A stretch of 64,000 nucleotides of DNA from contig JBDRNJ010000072.1 of NCBI GenBank assembly GCA_043811375.1, forward strand, positions 96,001 to 160,000. The letters run 5' to 3'. The position numbers and the translations under genes were made by a program. Below, piece by piece: positions 1 through 9,426 of the stretch (its first letter is position 1; the number at the start of each line of letters is the position of its first letter). The notes beneath the pieces were generated by a model. That model did not search any database. It was not told the origin of the DNA and was given only the letters and a program-made list of their open reading frames with translations. Source of the stretch: a bacterium. Its GTDB lineage: Bacteria; Zixibacteria; MSB-5A5; GN15; FEB-12.

Positions 1-2
1 AC

Positions 3-197
3 AGTGCCGCCAACGAGGTTGCGGTAGGGGCATTCTTGCGGGAGTCTGTCAAATTCTCGGACATTTCCGATATAATAGAAGATACGGTTGCCAAAATGGA
101 TGTCGTGACCGATCCTTCGCTGGAGGACATCTTGCAGGCCGACCGTGAAGCCCGCCGGTATGCCGGAGAAAGGACAGGTCAATCAGCATGTTGTTGA
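3..197 (+). CDS. dxr: 1-deoxy-D-xylulose 5-phosphate reductoisomerase, C-terminal fragment (truncated by window start)
   Basis: Not in the ORF track. Manual translation of frame 3 gives SAANEVAVGAFLRESVKFSDISDIIEDTV...LEDILQADREARRYA...stop at 195-197. AANEVAVxAFL is the Dxr C-terminal signature, and dxr-rseP is a conserved gene order. Confidence 0.9.
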   Translation, partial: SAANEVAVGAFLRESVKFSDISDIIEDTVAKMDVVTDPSLEDILQADREARRYAGERTGQSACC

Positions 198-1258
198 CAG
201 CGGCATCTTTCATATTCGTTCTGGGCATTTTGATATTCATCCATGAGCTGGGTCATTTCCTGGTAGCCAAGAAAGTGGGTGTCAGAGTTGAGAAGTTTTC
301 ACTTGGTTTTCCTCCGAGCATTTTTTCACGCAAGATCGGTGACACCACTTACTGTATCGGCGCTATCCCTCTGGGGGGGTACGTCAAGATGGCCGGAGGA
401 GACACCGGCGAGGAATCTACCGGTGCCGCCGATGAGTTTTTCTCCAAAAGCGTTGCTCAACGCGCGGCGGTGATTTTTGCCGGACCGTTCATGAACTACG
501 TGCTGTCAATCGTTATTCTGATAGGTATCCTTTACTTCAATGGCCAGCCCATCACTGACCCTGAGCGAGTGGCCATTCTCCAGGTGCAACCCGATGGCCC
601 GGCGGAAGGGGCGGGGTTATTGGAAGGCGACGAGATAATCGCCGTCGATGGAATCTCAGTGCGACGTTCTGATTCACTCAGTTACCTGATTCACGCTCAG
701 ATCGAACAGCCGGTTGATCTGACCTTGATCAGGGGAGATGACACCACCAACACCACTCTGACAACCATGAAGGCCGCCCAGATCGGACCGGACGGAACCG
801 AAGATACGGTAGGTCTGATCGGTGTTATACTGGCCCAGAAGGAAATCGGCCGAGAAAAAATCGGTCTATGGCGGTCGGCTCGGGGTGGTATTGTATGGGC
901 TCACAATATTGTCTGGGGGACGGTTAAGTTCGTCAAGATGTATATAACCGGCGAGGTTTCTCCCAAAATGGTCGGAGGCCCGCTGTTCATTGCCCAGGAG
1001 TCCGGCAAACAGGCTCGCAAGGGCGCTGCCAGCCTGTTTTTCTTCATGGCTCTGCTGTCGGTGAACCTGGCGGTTCTCAATGTCTTGCCGATTCCGGTGC
1101 TGGACGGCGGTCACCTGGTTTTCCTGGCTATCGAAAAGATTCGCGGGATGCCGTTGTCGCTTAAGATACGACTGGCGGCTCAGCAGGTCGGCGTTGTCCT
1201 GTTGCTGGGACTGATTGTTTTTGTAACGTATAATGATATATTAAGAGTGATAAAATGA
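188..1258 (+). CDS. rseP: RIP metalloprotease RseP (site-2 protease with PDZ domain)
   Basis: HELGH zinc motif, AGP motif, PDZ-like middle region, NVLPIPVLDGG motif. Confidence 0.95.
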   Translation: MLLTAASFIFVLGILIFIHELGHFLVAKKVGVRVEKFSLGFPPSIFSRKIGDTTYCIGAIPLGGYVKMAGGDTGEESTGAADEFFSKSVAQRAAVIFAGPFMNYVLSIVILIGILYFNGQPITDPERVAILQVQPDGPAEGAGLLEGDEIIAVDGISVRRSDSLSYLIHAQIEQPVDLTLIRGDDTTNTTLTTMKAAQIGPDGTEDTVGLIGVILAQKEIGREKIGLWRSARGGIVWAHNIVWGTVKFVKMYITGEVSPKMVGGPLFIAQESGKQARKGAASLFFFMALLSVNLAVLNVLPIPVLDGGHLVFLAIEKIRGMPLSLKIRLAAQQVGVVLLLGLIVFVTYNDILRVIK

Positions 1259-1378
1259 CGGTGATCCTCTGCTTTCTGACACTCGGTTAAGAAAAAATGA
1301 GGGCACCTTATAGGCCGGATATGGGTATAAACATTCTGAAAGCCTGCTGAAGAACAGCGGCACTGAATTGAGAGATAT

Positions 1379-2104
1379 ATGGGTAACGTATCATTTGCCG
1401 GTTCACTCTGGGACAATTTCAAACAGATCATAGCGGCTGTCGTGATGGCCCTGGTTATCAAGACCTCTGTTGTGGAAGCCTACAAGATACCGTCGCAGTC
1501 CATGGAGGATACGCTCCTGGTGGGTGATTTCCTTCTGGCTAATAAAGTGATCTACGGCGCCCGTATCCCGCTGGTCAACTGGCGGCTGCCGGCTATACGA
1601 GATCCGAAACCGGGAGACATTGTTATTTTCATCTACCCGGTCGACGGCGTGACCAAGTATATCAAACGTTGCGTAGCCACACCCGGCGACACGGTGGAAA
1701 TAAAGAACAAGGTTCTGTTTGTCAACGGCAAGCACTTTAAAGACCCGGAAGAGGCCAAATTCATAGACGCCACCTCCAAAGGTGAACCGATAATCCAGTC
1801 TCGACGGCCTGGCGGCACCGACAGCCGTGACAACTTCGGGCCGTTTATCATACCTCGCAATTGCTATTTTATGATGGGTGATAATCGGGACAACTCTTAT
1901 GACTCCCGTTACTGGGGCGCCGTACATAAGGACCTGGTTCTGGGTGAGGCTATGCTGGTGCACTGGTCGTGGAATGATTCGGTCTATCCCTCACCGGAAG
2001 TATCAGTGACGGATCCCCTGTCGGTCCCTCGGCTGTTTGTTTATAATGCCTTGCATTTCTTCCAGAAGGTTCGCTGGGGGAGACTGTTTGGGCTCATATC
2101 CTGA
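1379..2104 (+). CDS. lepB: Signal peptidase I
   Basis: IPSQSMEDTL (catalytic Ser), YIKRCVA (catalytic Lys), GDNRDNSYDSRYWG. Confidence 0.95.
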   Translation: MGNVSFAGSLWDNFKQIIAAVVMALVIKTSVVEAYKIPSQSMEDTLLVGDFLLANKVIYGARIPLVNWRLPAIRDPKPGDIVIFIYPVDGVTKYIKRCVATPGDTVEIKNKVLFVNGKHFKDPEEAKFIDATSKGEPIIQSRRPGGTDSRDNFGPFIIPRNCYFMMGDNRDNSYDSRYWGAVHKDLVLGEAMLVHWSWNDSVYPSPEVSVTDPLSVPRLFVYNALHFFQKVRWGRLFGLIS

Positions 2105-2191
2105 CGAACTGACTTACTCGGAGACAATTCAGTGACAACACACAAATTATCTGGAAACCGAACCCACTACCTGTCGGAAGGACCGAGAATA

Positions 2192-2908
2192 ATGAAGTAC
2201 AATACCATAGTAGTTCTGGTCGGAGTAATGCTGCTGCTGCCGGTTCTGTCGGTGCTTGCGGGACCGGCTGTCGAGATACCCGAGCCGTTGTTTGATTTCG
2301 GAAGAGTCTGCCAGAAGGCGCAGGTTGCGCACATTTTCTGGATCAAGTCGGTGGGCGATGATACCCTGCAGATCACTCGGATTGAATCCGGCTGCGGCTG
2401 TACGAAAGCGCCGATTGGCGATTCGATGATCGCACCGGGAGACAGTACGGCGCTGGAGATATTCTTCTCGACCAAATCTTATCGTAACAAGGTCTCCAAG
2501 CGACCCTATCTTGAGACCAACGCCGATGAGAACAAAGTTTACGTGAAAATATCGGCGGTGCTGGTACCGGAACCGGATACAGTTATGCCGATAAGCCTCA
2601 ACCCGTACATTCTGGACGTATCGCAGTTCACCACCAAACCACGCCGCCGCGCCCGTTTTCTTATCGAGAATAAGAGCGAACAGGATTACGAGTTGACGAT
2701 GATTGACTGGTCCCGCCGGCACTTCGACGTCAAACTACCCGAGCAGGTTAAGGCTGGTGAGACAGCCGACGGAATGGTCATTGTCCACGAGAATGTGATC
2801 GAAACCGAGTTCGAGCAGTCACTTACTTTCGCCATCAGTGACAGCGTGAATACGCGCTACACCTTGCCGGTGCGTCGTATGTACCGGGTAAAAGACCGGT
2901 CAAAATAA
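2192..2908 (+). CDS. Exported DUF1573-like (Ig-fold) protein
   Basis: Signal peptide from ATG 2192 (MKYNTIVVLVGV...). FDFG...IESGCGCT...IAPGDS pattern typical of DUF1573. The ORF track starts at 2132. Confidence 0.7.
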   Translation: MKYNTIVVLVGVMLLLPVLSVLAGPAVEIPEPLFDFGRVCQKAQVAHIFWIKSVGDDTLQITRIESGCGCTKAPIGDSMIAPGDSTALEIFFSTKSYRNKVSKRPYLETNADENKVYVKISAVLVPEPDTVMPISLNPYILDVSQFTTKPRRRARFLIENKSEQDYELTMIDWSRRHFDVKLPEQVKAGETADGMVIVHENVIETEFEQSLTFAISDSVNTRYTLPVRRMYRVKDRSK

Positions 2909-2945
2909 TCCTCGCGGCAACCCGGAACAGCGAGAGGTGTCACCT

Positions 2946-2983
2946 GTAGGTCACGCCGACACGCGGCGTGACAAAATGAATGT
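2946..2983. repeat. GTAG-type REP-like palindrome, copy 1
   Basis: GTAG followed by stem GTCACGCCG-acacg-CGGCGTGAC. Identical to 8928-8965 at 35 of 38 positions. Confidence 0.75.
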
Positions 2984-3050
2984 AACAGCCTCTTACCTGC
3001 CGACTAACGTTTTACTTGACTGTCGCCGGATGTAGCCCTAATTCCTGCTT

Positions 3051-3668
3051 GTGTTCCAACTCAGCGCAACAGATCTGGCCCGGAGTTTTGGGCCACGCCA
3101 GGTATTCTCCCGGTTGCAGTTTGAACTGACCACCGGTCAGTCGCTGGCCGTAACAGGCCCCAACGGCTCGGGGAAAACAACGCTGCTGATGACTCTCCTG
3201 TCCCTTTACCGGCCCAGTCGCGGCCAGGTGGTGTTCTCTCAGGATGGAAAACGGCTTGACGATTCCCGGCGGAGAGCTATGACATCACTGGTGGCGCCAT
3301 ACCTAAACCTGTACGATCAGTTGTCGGCCGAGGAAAACCTGAAATTCATTGCCACTCTGACGGGTCATGCCGTCACCGGGAAACAGCTCGATACCCTTCT
3401 GGCCAGAGTCGGTTTGCAGGGTCGCGGTTGTGATCCGGTCGGGGAATACTCTTCCGGGATGAAACAACGCTTGAAGTACGCGGTGGCGCTACTGAAAGAA
3501 CCGGCCTTTATGTTTCTTGACGAACCGAGCACCAACCTCGACGAAGAGGGCCGACAGTTGATCAGGAGTATTATAGAGGAGTATCGCTCCCGAAGCATGA
3601 TAGTGATTGCCACCAATGATCCGGAGGAAAGCCGTCTTGCCCAACAACAGCTTCGGCTTGGCAGCTAA
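3051..3668 (+). CDS. ccmA: Heme exporter ATP-binding protein CcmA
   Basis: Walker A GPNGSGKT, signature YSSGMKQR, Walker B FLDEP. First gene of the ccm cluster. Confidence 0.9.
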   Translation: MFQLSATDLARSFGPRQVFSRLQFELTTGQSLAVTGPNGSGKTTLLMTLLSLYRPSRGQVVFSQDGKRLDDSRRRAMTSLVAPYLNLYDQLSAEENLKFIATLTGHAVTGKQLDTLLARVGLQGRGCDPVGEYSSGMKQRLKYAVALLKEPAFMFLDEPSTNLDEEGRQLIRSIIEEYRSRSMIVIATNDPEESRLAQQQLRLGS

Positions 3669-4320
3669 GACGCTGGCGGTAGTGGTCAAAGACGTGCGCG
3701 TGGAAATGCGCACCCGCTATGCCGTCAATGCGATCCTGATGTTCGCGGTAGCCACGCTGGCGGTCGTTTCCTTCTCGGTGGGGCAAAGCGGATTGTCGCC
3801 GAGATTGATGGCGGCGCTGTACTGGATCATCATGCTGTTTTCAGCCATGTCGGGTTTGGCTCAGACGTTCATCAGGGAAGAGGAAACCGGAACGGCGCTG
3901 ACGTTGCGGCTGCTGGCCGATGCCGACCCGGTATACATCGGCAAACTGCTGGTTAACCTGGGACTGTTATCGGTAATGGCAGCCGTCATTACTCCTCTGT
4001 TCTTTATTTTCACTGACGCCCCGACCGGCAATCTGCCGGCTTTCGTAGTGATCCTGGTGTTGGGTGTTCTCGGCCTGTGCGGGGCCACCACCCTGATAGC
4101 CGCTATTGTCGCCCGCGCCTCCGTAAGGGGAGCACTGTTCGCGGTGCTTTCATTCCCGATACTGATTCCGCTGCTGCTGATTCTGGTGTCAGCCACGCAT
4201 AAGGTCCTGGCGGCAGCGGCCTGGGGTGATATTGCGGTGGAATTGCAGTTTCTGTTTGCTTATGCGGTGGTGATGATCACCGGCTCGGTGCTGCTGTTTC
4301 GATTCGTCTGGCAGGAGTAA
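3607..4320 (+). CDS. ccmB: Heme exporter membrane protein CcmB
   Basis: About 6 hydrophobic segments, KDVRVEMR and FIREEETGT motifs, located between ccmA and ccmC. Exact start uncertain. Confidence 0.9.
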   Translation: MPPMIRRKAVLPNNSFGLAAKTLAVVVKDVRVEMRTRYAVNAILMFAVATLAVVSFSVGQSGLSPRLMAALYWIIMLFSAMSGLAQTFIREEETGTALTLRLLADADPVYIGKLLVNLGLLSVMAAVITPLFFIFTDAPTGNLPAFVVILVLGVLGLCGATTLIAAIVARASVRGALFAVLSFPILIPLLLILVSATHKVLAAAAWGDIAVELQFLFAYAVVMITGSVLLFRFVWQE

Positions 4321-4356
4321 CCGAAATCAGCGGGTGAGTGCAGATGTGAATTGTCG

Positions 4357-4384
4357 TTGCCATTATTACCGGTATCTGTATAAT
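4357..4384 (+). promoter_or_regulatory. Candidate sigma70 promoter upstream of ccmC
   Basis: TTGCCA-N16-TATAAT in the ccmB-ccmC gap. Confidence 0.5.
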
Positions 4385-4410
4385 TGTATGATAAGCAACG
4401 GCAATAACGA

Positions 4411-5079
4411 GTGATGAGACCTATGTGGTGGAAGATCATAATCCTGATGCTGATGACGGCGGTGATAGTGGCCGCGTTTGTTACTGAACCGCCCCAGCAG
4501 CAAATCGGCCCGGCCAGCCGCATTTTCTACTTCCATATTCCGGTCGCCTGGGTCAGCGTGATTGCCTTCACTATGTCCATGATATACTCGATTCGCTTCC
4601 TGGCCAGGCGCGATCTCGTTGAGGACGATAAAGCGGTCGAGGCCGCTCGCCTGGGTCTCATATTCTGTGTTCTGGCGACTATCAGCGGCTCGATTTTCGC
4701 ACGAGTCACCTGGGGTTCATTCTGGAACTGGGACCCCCGCGAAACATCCATCTTCGTATTGTTGTTAATCTACGGAGCTTATTTTGCGCTGCGGCGGGCG
4801 GTGGATGTGGAGGAAAAACGGGCGACACTGGCAGCGGCTTATGCTATCCTGGCCTTTGTTACCGTGCCCATGCTGGTGTTTGTGGTGCCGCGCGTCATGC
4901 CGTCGCTGCACCCCGGCGATTCCATCGCTGACAGCAACTTACAGTTTATGATGAGCACGAGGGTGGGATTGATCCTGGCAACAGCACTGATAAGTTTTAC
5001 GGCAATATATTTGTGGCTTTTCAATGTCGCTCGACGGATAAGAATTCTGGAGCGATCGCTGACAGAACAGGAGTTGTAA
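4411..5079 (+). CDS. ccmC: Heme exporter protein CcmC
   Basis: WWD domain WGSFWNWDPRET, with flanking His residues (YFHIP, SLHP). Confidence 0.92.
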   Translation: MMRPMWWKIIILMLMTAVIVAAFVTEPPQQQIGPASRIFYFHIPVAWVSVIAFTMSMIYSIRFLARRDLVEDDKAVEAARLGLIFCVLATISGSIFARVTWGSFWNWDPRETSIFVLLLIYGAYFALRRAVDVEEKRATLAAAYAILAFVTVPMLVFVVPRVMPSLHPGDSIADSNLQFMMSTRVGLILATALISFTAIYLWLFNVARRIRILERSLTEQEL

Positions 5080-5080
5080 A

Positions 5081-5194
5081 TTGGACGGAAATTATATCGC
5101 TCTCATCGTAACCCTGGTGATCTGGGTGGGTCTGTTTACAGTCCTGGTCAGCCTGAGTAAAAGGGTCCGGAAGCTGGAAAAAAGACAAAGATGA
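5081..5194 (+). CDS. ccmD: CcmD-family small membrane protein (37 aa)
   Basis: Not in the ORF track. TTG start, MDGNYIALIVTLVIWVGLFTVLVSLSKRVRKLEKRQR: one TM helix plus a basic tail. Fills the ccmC-ccmE gap and overlaps the ccmE start as ATGA. Confidence 0.8.
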   Translation: MDGNYIALIVTLVIWVGLFTVLVSLSKRVRKLEKRQR

Positions 5195-5631
5195 AAATCC
5201 GGTATATCATCGGCGGGATTATCATGGTGCTGTTTTTGATCTGGGGCACCAGCGCCTTCCTGAAAACAACCATTCAATACGTTTCGATAGAAGAAGCCCG
5301 CCACTCACAGCAGATAGTACAGGTTATGGGCAGGATCGACTTCGACCGGGTCATCTACGACGTGGAGAACTCACGGTTGAAGTTCAGCATTTACGATGCC
5401 GAGGCTGCTGACCCGGCAAGAGCGCCACGACTGGACGTGGTCTATACCGGCGTGGTGCCGGGTAATTTCGAACAGGCAACCACGGTGGTGCTAAAAGGCA
5501 AAAGCTCAGGCGATCTCTTTGTGGCCGAGCAGATGCTGGTCAAGTGCCCGTCGAAATACCAGGGCAGCGGGCAGGAATACCAGGACATTAACCGGCACCA
5601 GCCGGATGTCGAATCCGGAACGTCATTGTGA
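5191..5631 (+). CDS. ccmE: Heme chaperone CcmE, CxxxY variant
   Basis: N-terminal anchor, VVYTGVVPGNF, and LVKCPSKY (Cys in place of the heme-binding His). Confidence 0.92.
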   Translation: MKIRYIIGGIIMVLFLIWGTSAFLKTTIQYVSIEEARHSQQIVQVMGRIDFDRVIYDVENSRLKFSIYDAEAADPARAPRLDVVYTGVVPGNFEQATTVVLKGKSSGDLFVAEQMLVKCPSKYQGSGQEYQDINRHQPDVESGTSL

Positions 5632-7973
5632 CGCCTGATATTCCCGGTCAACTTCTGATCTGGTACGCTCTGGCAGCCAACATCATCGCCGGTCTGGCCT
5701 GGTTCCTGGCAGCCCGTGGCAGTGGTTCGTGGTCGAGCCTGGGTGTCACCAGCTACCGTGTCTTTGCTGTCGCTACTATGATGGCCGCCGCTTACCTGTT
5801 CTACCTGTTTTTTGCCCACGATTTTCGTGTAAAGTACGTTTTCGAGTACTCCGACCGGTCGCTGCCCTTCTTCTATCTATTGTCGGGGTTGTGGGCCGGC
5901 CAGGAAGGATCATATCTGTTGTGGCTGATTTTCAGCGCCTGCTTTGGTTTTGTGATCGTGCGCCACGGCGGACGCTACCGAGACCACGCCATGGCAGTCT
6001 ACTGCGGCATCAATCTTTTCCTGCTGGTCCTGTTGACCAGGGTTTCTCCTTTTGCCCTGCTGACTTTCCCGGTTGAGGACGGCGCCGGGCTGAACCCGCT
6101 TTTGCAGGACCCCTGGATGGTTATCCACCCGCCGGTGATTTTTGCCGGGTATGCGGCCGCGGCTATCCCGTTTGCCGTCGCTCTGGCGGCTCTGTGGAAA
6201 AACGATTACAGCGAATGGGTGGCGCGAGTCTTTCCGTGGCAGGTAGTGACGGCACTGCTGCTGGCTGCGGGCAATATCCTCGGCGGCTACTGGGCCTACC
6301 AGACACTCGGCTGGGGCGGCTACTGGGGCTGGGACCCGGTGGAGAACTCCTCGCTTATTCCGTGGGTGATCTCAATGGCTGTGCTGCACGGACTGATCCT
6401 ACAGAAACGAGTCGGGGCGCTAAAAAAGACAAATATCCTGTTGACGGTGCTGGTGTTTCTGTCGGTCGTCTATGGAACATTCCTTACGCGCAGTGGAGTT
6501 CTGGCTGATTTTTCCGTTCACTCTTTTGTCGATCTGGGAACCAACATTTTCCTGATCGGCTTTATGGTTTTGTTCCTGGCCGGGGCGCTGGTGCTGTTTT
6601 TTTACAGGATCAGGTCTCTGGGGCATACTGCGATCAACTACAATGTCTACGGTCGTGAGTTTTTCCTGTTTGTGGGGATGGCGGTTCTGTTTCTTTTTGG
6701 CCTGATGGTCCTGACGTGGACCTCCCTGCCCCTGATTACGACCCTGCTGGCCGCTACCCCGCGCGCTGCCGATATCGACACCTACAACACTTTTGCTCTG
6801 CCGCTGGCGGCTTTGATAGCGCTGCTGCTGACCTTTTCACTCAACAGCACGGCCACGGCGTTCACACCGCCCAGGTGGAAACTGCGCTTGATCGCCGCTG
6901 TTGTTCTCTCCGCAGCAGCCGGTGTCGGCCTGGTTCTGACTGTTCCCGTCGGCGGGCCGGTCTTTGTGATATTGCTGGTGATCACAGTAACAACTTTGGT
7001 TGCGTATCTGTCCCAGCCAAAACTGCCGGCACGTCTGATACTTCCTCTGGTGATCGCAGGAGCGACTGCCTTGTTAGCCGTAGGGCTGGGAATGCGACAC
7101 CCGCTGCACCTGCTGTTCCTGTTTACCGCAACAACGTGCATCGTGTCCAGTATCAGTTCACTGGCCCGCCGGCTGCCTAACGGTTGGCGAAAGGCCGGTT
7201 CGCAACTGGCTCACCTTGGGTTCGGCGTGATGATAGCCGGTGTGCTGTTGTCGTCGGCTTACAGCACCAGTGAACAGGTGACTCTTTCTCCCGATAGTGA
7301 GCAAACGGCGTACGGCCTGAAACTGAAGTACTTAGGCATGGATAATGATATTACGCATCCGAAGAATAAGTTGACGATAGCAGTTGATGACGGCGGAGTA
7401 ACTCGTCATATAAAACCGGAGTTGTTCTATTCATCACGGCTGGAGGGTCTGATGAAAAGGCCGCATATTGACCGGTCATGGCTTTACGATCTCTACTACG
7501 CACCTCAACAGGTTCTGGATGGCGATGACCCGGACGGCTTGCTGCTGTCCAGAGGGGAATCCCGGCAGGTCGGTGACTACGGGTTGACCTTCGTGAACTT
7601 TGTAATGGAACAGCATCAGATCCAGAGCCACGACCTGCAGGTGGTCGCCCTCCTGCGAATAGAAGGACCGGATCGCATTGACACGATTGCACCCGCTCTG
7701 ACAGCAACAGAGGCTGCTGGTGGGGGGATGACGTCCACACCCGCTTACTTTGGCGAGAACGACGAGTACGAGGTTACTCTGGAGAGAATTCTGGCCGACC
7801 GCAGCGAGATTGTGATTCGTATCCCCGGATTGACTCCCGGCGGTACCGGTGAACGACTGGTGCTTGACATCTCCAAAAAACCCGGCATCAGTCTGGTATG
7901 GATCGGCACGACACTGCTGCTCTTGGGATTAGTCCTGGCGTTCAACCGGCGACGAGCAGAGGTTCCTCATTGA
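5628..7973 (+). CDS. ccmF: Cytochrome c synthetase CcmF
   Basis: WAGQEGS, GLNPLLQ, IHPP, WAYQTLGWGGYWGWDPVEN, TFLTRSG, SVHSF motifs. Confidence 0.95.
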   Translation: MTPDIPGQLLIWYALAANIIAGLAWFLAARGSGSWSSLGVTSYRVFAVATMMAAAYLFYLFFAHDFRVKYVFEYSDRSLPFFYLLSGLWAGQEGSYLLWLIFSACFGFVIVRHGGRYRDHAMAVYCGINLFLLVLLTRVSPFALLTFPVEDGAGLNPLLQDPWMVIHPPVIFAGYAAAAIPFAVALAALWKNDYSEWVARVFPWQVVTALLLAAGNILGGYWAYQTLGWGGYWGWDPVENSSLIPWVISMAVLHGLILQKRVGALKKTNILLTVLVFLSVVYGTFLTRSGVLADFSVHSFVDLGTNIFLIGFMVLFLAGALVLFFYRIRSLGHTAINYNVYGREFFLFVGMAVLFLFGLMVLTWTSLPLITTLLAATPRAADIDTYNTFALPLAALIALLLTFSLNSTATAFTPPRWKLRLIAAVVLSAAAGVGLVLTVPVGGPVFVILLVITVTTLVAYLSQPKLPARLILPLVIAGATALLAVGLGMRHPLHLLFLFTATTCIVSSISSLARRLPNGWRKAGSQLAHLGFGVMIAGVLLSSAYSTSEQVTLSPDSEQTAYGLKLKYLGMDNDITHPKNKLTIAVDDGGVTRHIKPELFYSSRLEGLMKRPHIDRSWLYDLYYAPQQVLDGDDPDGLLLSRGESRQVGDYGLTFVNFVMEQHQIQSHDLQVVALLRIEGPDRIDTIAPALTATEAAGGGMTSTPAYFGENDEYEVTLERILADRSEIVIRIPGLTPGGTGERLVLDISKKPGISLVWIGTTLLLLGLVLAFNRRRAEVPH

Positions 7974-8896
7974 TACACTTACTATATAGAAAACCATGGC
8001 CAGCTCTTGTTGATAGAGCCATTCGGAGAAAGGCCCGCAAGATATCAGGGACGTTATTGACAGCAGGGGTGATGACAATCCTGGTCACGGGGATGGCCGT
8101 TGCCGACAGCGTGCCGTTTGATCCGACCCGCGGCCTGGTGGAAGTACCGGTGATTATCGACGGTCGCGTCAACGGCTCTTTAGGGATCGATACCGGCGCC
8201 GACCGACTGTATATTGACAGCACTTTCGCCCACCGCAACGGCCTGTCATTTGTGCGCTCAATTCCGCAACGCCCGGTAACCGGTATCGAGGGCACCAGCC
8301 CGGCCGGGGTTGTTGAAATCCGTTCCTTACGGGTGGGTGGAGATGCCCTCTTTAACCTGCAGGCTACCGCTATCGACCTGCACAAATTGATCCGGGACCA
8401 GAGTCACGGGTTTCCGGACGGATTGATCGGGCATGAATTTCTGCGGCGATTTTATGTAACCGTGGACTATCCCGGCCGATCCCTGAAACTTGAGATGGGT
8501 TTGCCGGATTTCAAGAAAAGTGGCGGTGCCGATCTTATCGGTTCGATTGATTTCTCGACCCATCGTCACCTGATCGTGGTCGAGGTCACCTTTGACAGTG
8601 GCGTTACGGCTCCTATGATTTTGGACTACTGTGCCTCTTACACCGCTGTTTCCAGGTCGCTGGCGAATCGCCTGGGGCTGAATGCGGAACATAATAAAAG
8701 GCAGATAGTACCCTTTATGAGCATCGGCAGTATTCTCAACGCGTCACAGGTTCCGGTGGTGGTTACCGACCTGTCACATTTCAAAAAGTCTCTGCGCTGG
8801 ACGAGATTTGAAGGTATCGTGGGGGCCAGTTTTCTGCACAAGTACAAGCTGACTATCGACTACAAGGCGGACAGGATCTACGTTCACCGGAGATGA
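7898..8896 (+). CDS. Two-domain retropepsin-like aspartyl protease (true start probably later, near 8072)
   Basis: IDTGA...DGLIGHEFL in domain 1; ILDYCAS...EGIVGASFL...IDY in domain 2. Confidence 0.8.
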   Translation: MDRHDTAALGISPGVQPATSRGSSLIHLLYRKPWPALVDRAIRRKARKISGTLLTAGVMTILVTGMAVADSVPFDPTRGLVEVPVIIDGRVNGSLGIDTGADRLYIDSTFAHRNGLSFVRSIPQRPVTGIEGTSPAGVVEIRSLRVGGDALFNLQATAIDLHKLIRDQSHGFPDGLIGHEFLRRFYVTVDYPGRSLKLEMGLPDFKKSGGADLIGSIDFSTHRHLIVVEVTFDSGVTAPMILDYCASYTAVSRSLANRLGLNAEHNKRQIVPFMSIGSILNASQVPVVVTDLSHFKKSLRWTRFEGIVGASFLHKYKLTIDYKADRIYVHRR

Positions 8897-8927
8897 TGTG
8901 AGGTTTGCATCGTATCCCATGTAGTCG

Positions 8928-8990
8928 GCAGGTCACGCCGACACGGGGCGTGTCAAAATGAATGTCAAGCCCCAAATGGGCTTGACCTAC
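8928..8990. repeat. GTAG-type REP doublet (inverted pair), overlapping the rpiB 3' end
   Basis: The left hairpin matches 2946-2983. The right unit, read on the minus strand, is GTAGGTCAAGCCC-attt-GGGGCTTGAC. Confidence 0.75.
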
Positions 8991-9426
8991 CGGACTCAGC
9001 ACGGCGTATTTTGTCCAACCTCGTGATATGCCGCCCACCCTCAAACTCAGTCTGCAGGAACTGACGGACTATCTCCTCCAGTTGATCCTCGGGAGTATAC
9101 TTCGATGCCAGAGAAAGAACATTGGCGTCGTTGTGCAAGCGAGTGAGATGAGCCATATCCGCGTTCAGGGCCAGTCCGGCACGAACCCCGCGAACCTTGT
9201 TGGCAGTGATATTCATGCCGTTGCCGGTCCAGCAGATAGTAATACCACGGTCAACCTCGCCTGAGGCTACTGCATTCGCCACCCGCAGGCCGAAGTCGGG
9301 GTAATCGACCGACTCGGTAGAATCGGTCCCGAAATCAACTACCTCGTGCCCCAGGCCGGTTAATATCTGCTCGACCTTCTGCTTGAATTCAAATCCTTTA
9401 TGGTCGGCACCAATGGCAATTTTCAT
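8965..9426 (-). CDS. rpiB: Ribose 5-phosphate isomerase B
   Basis: IAIGADHKG, SVDYPD, ICWTGNG, HNDANVL, FEGGRH. Confidence 0.95.
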   Translation of the reverse strand: MKIAIGADHKGFEFKQKVEQILTGLGHEVVDFGTDSTESVDYPDFGLRVANAVASGEVDRGITICWTGNGMNITANKVRGVRAGLALNADMAHLTRLHNDANVLSLASKYTPEDQLEEIVRQFLQTEFEGGRHITRLDKIRRAESGRSSPFGA

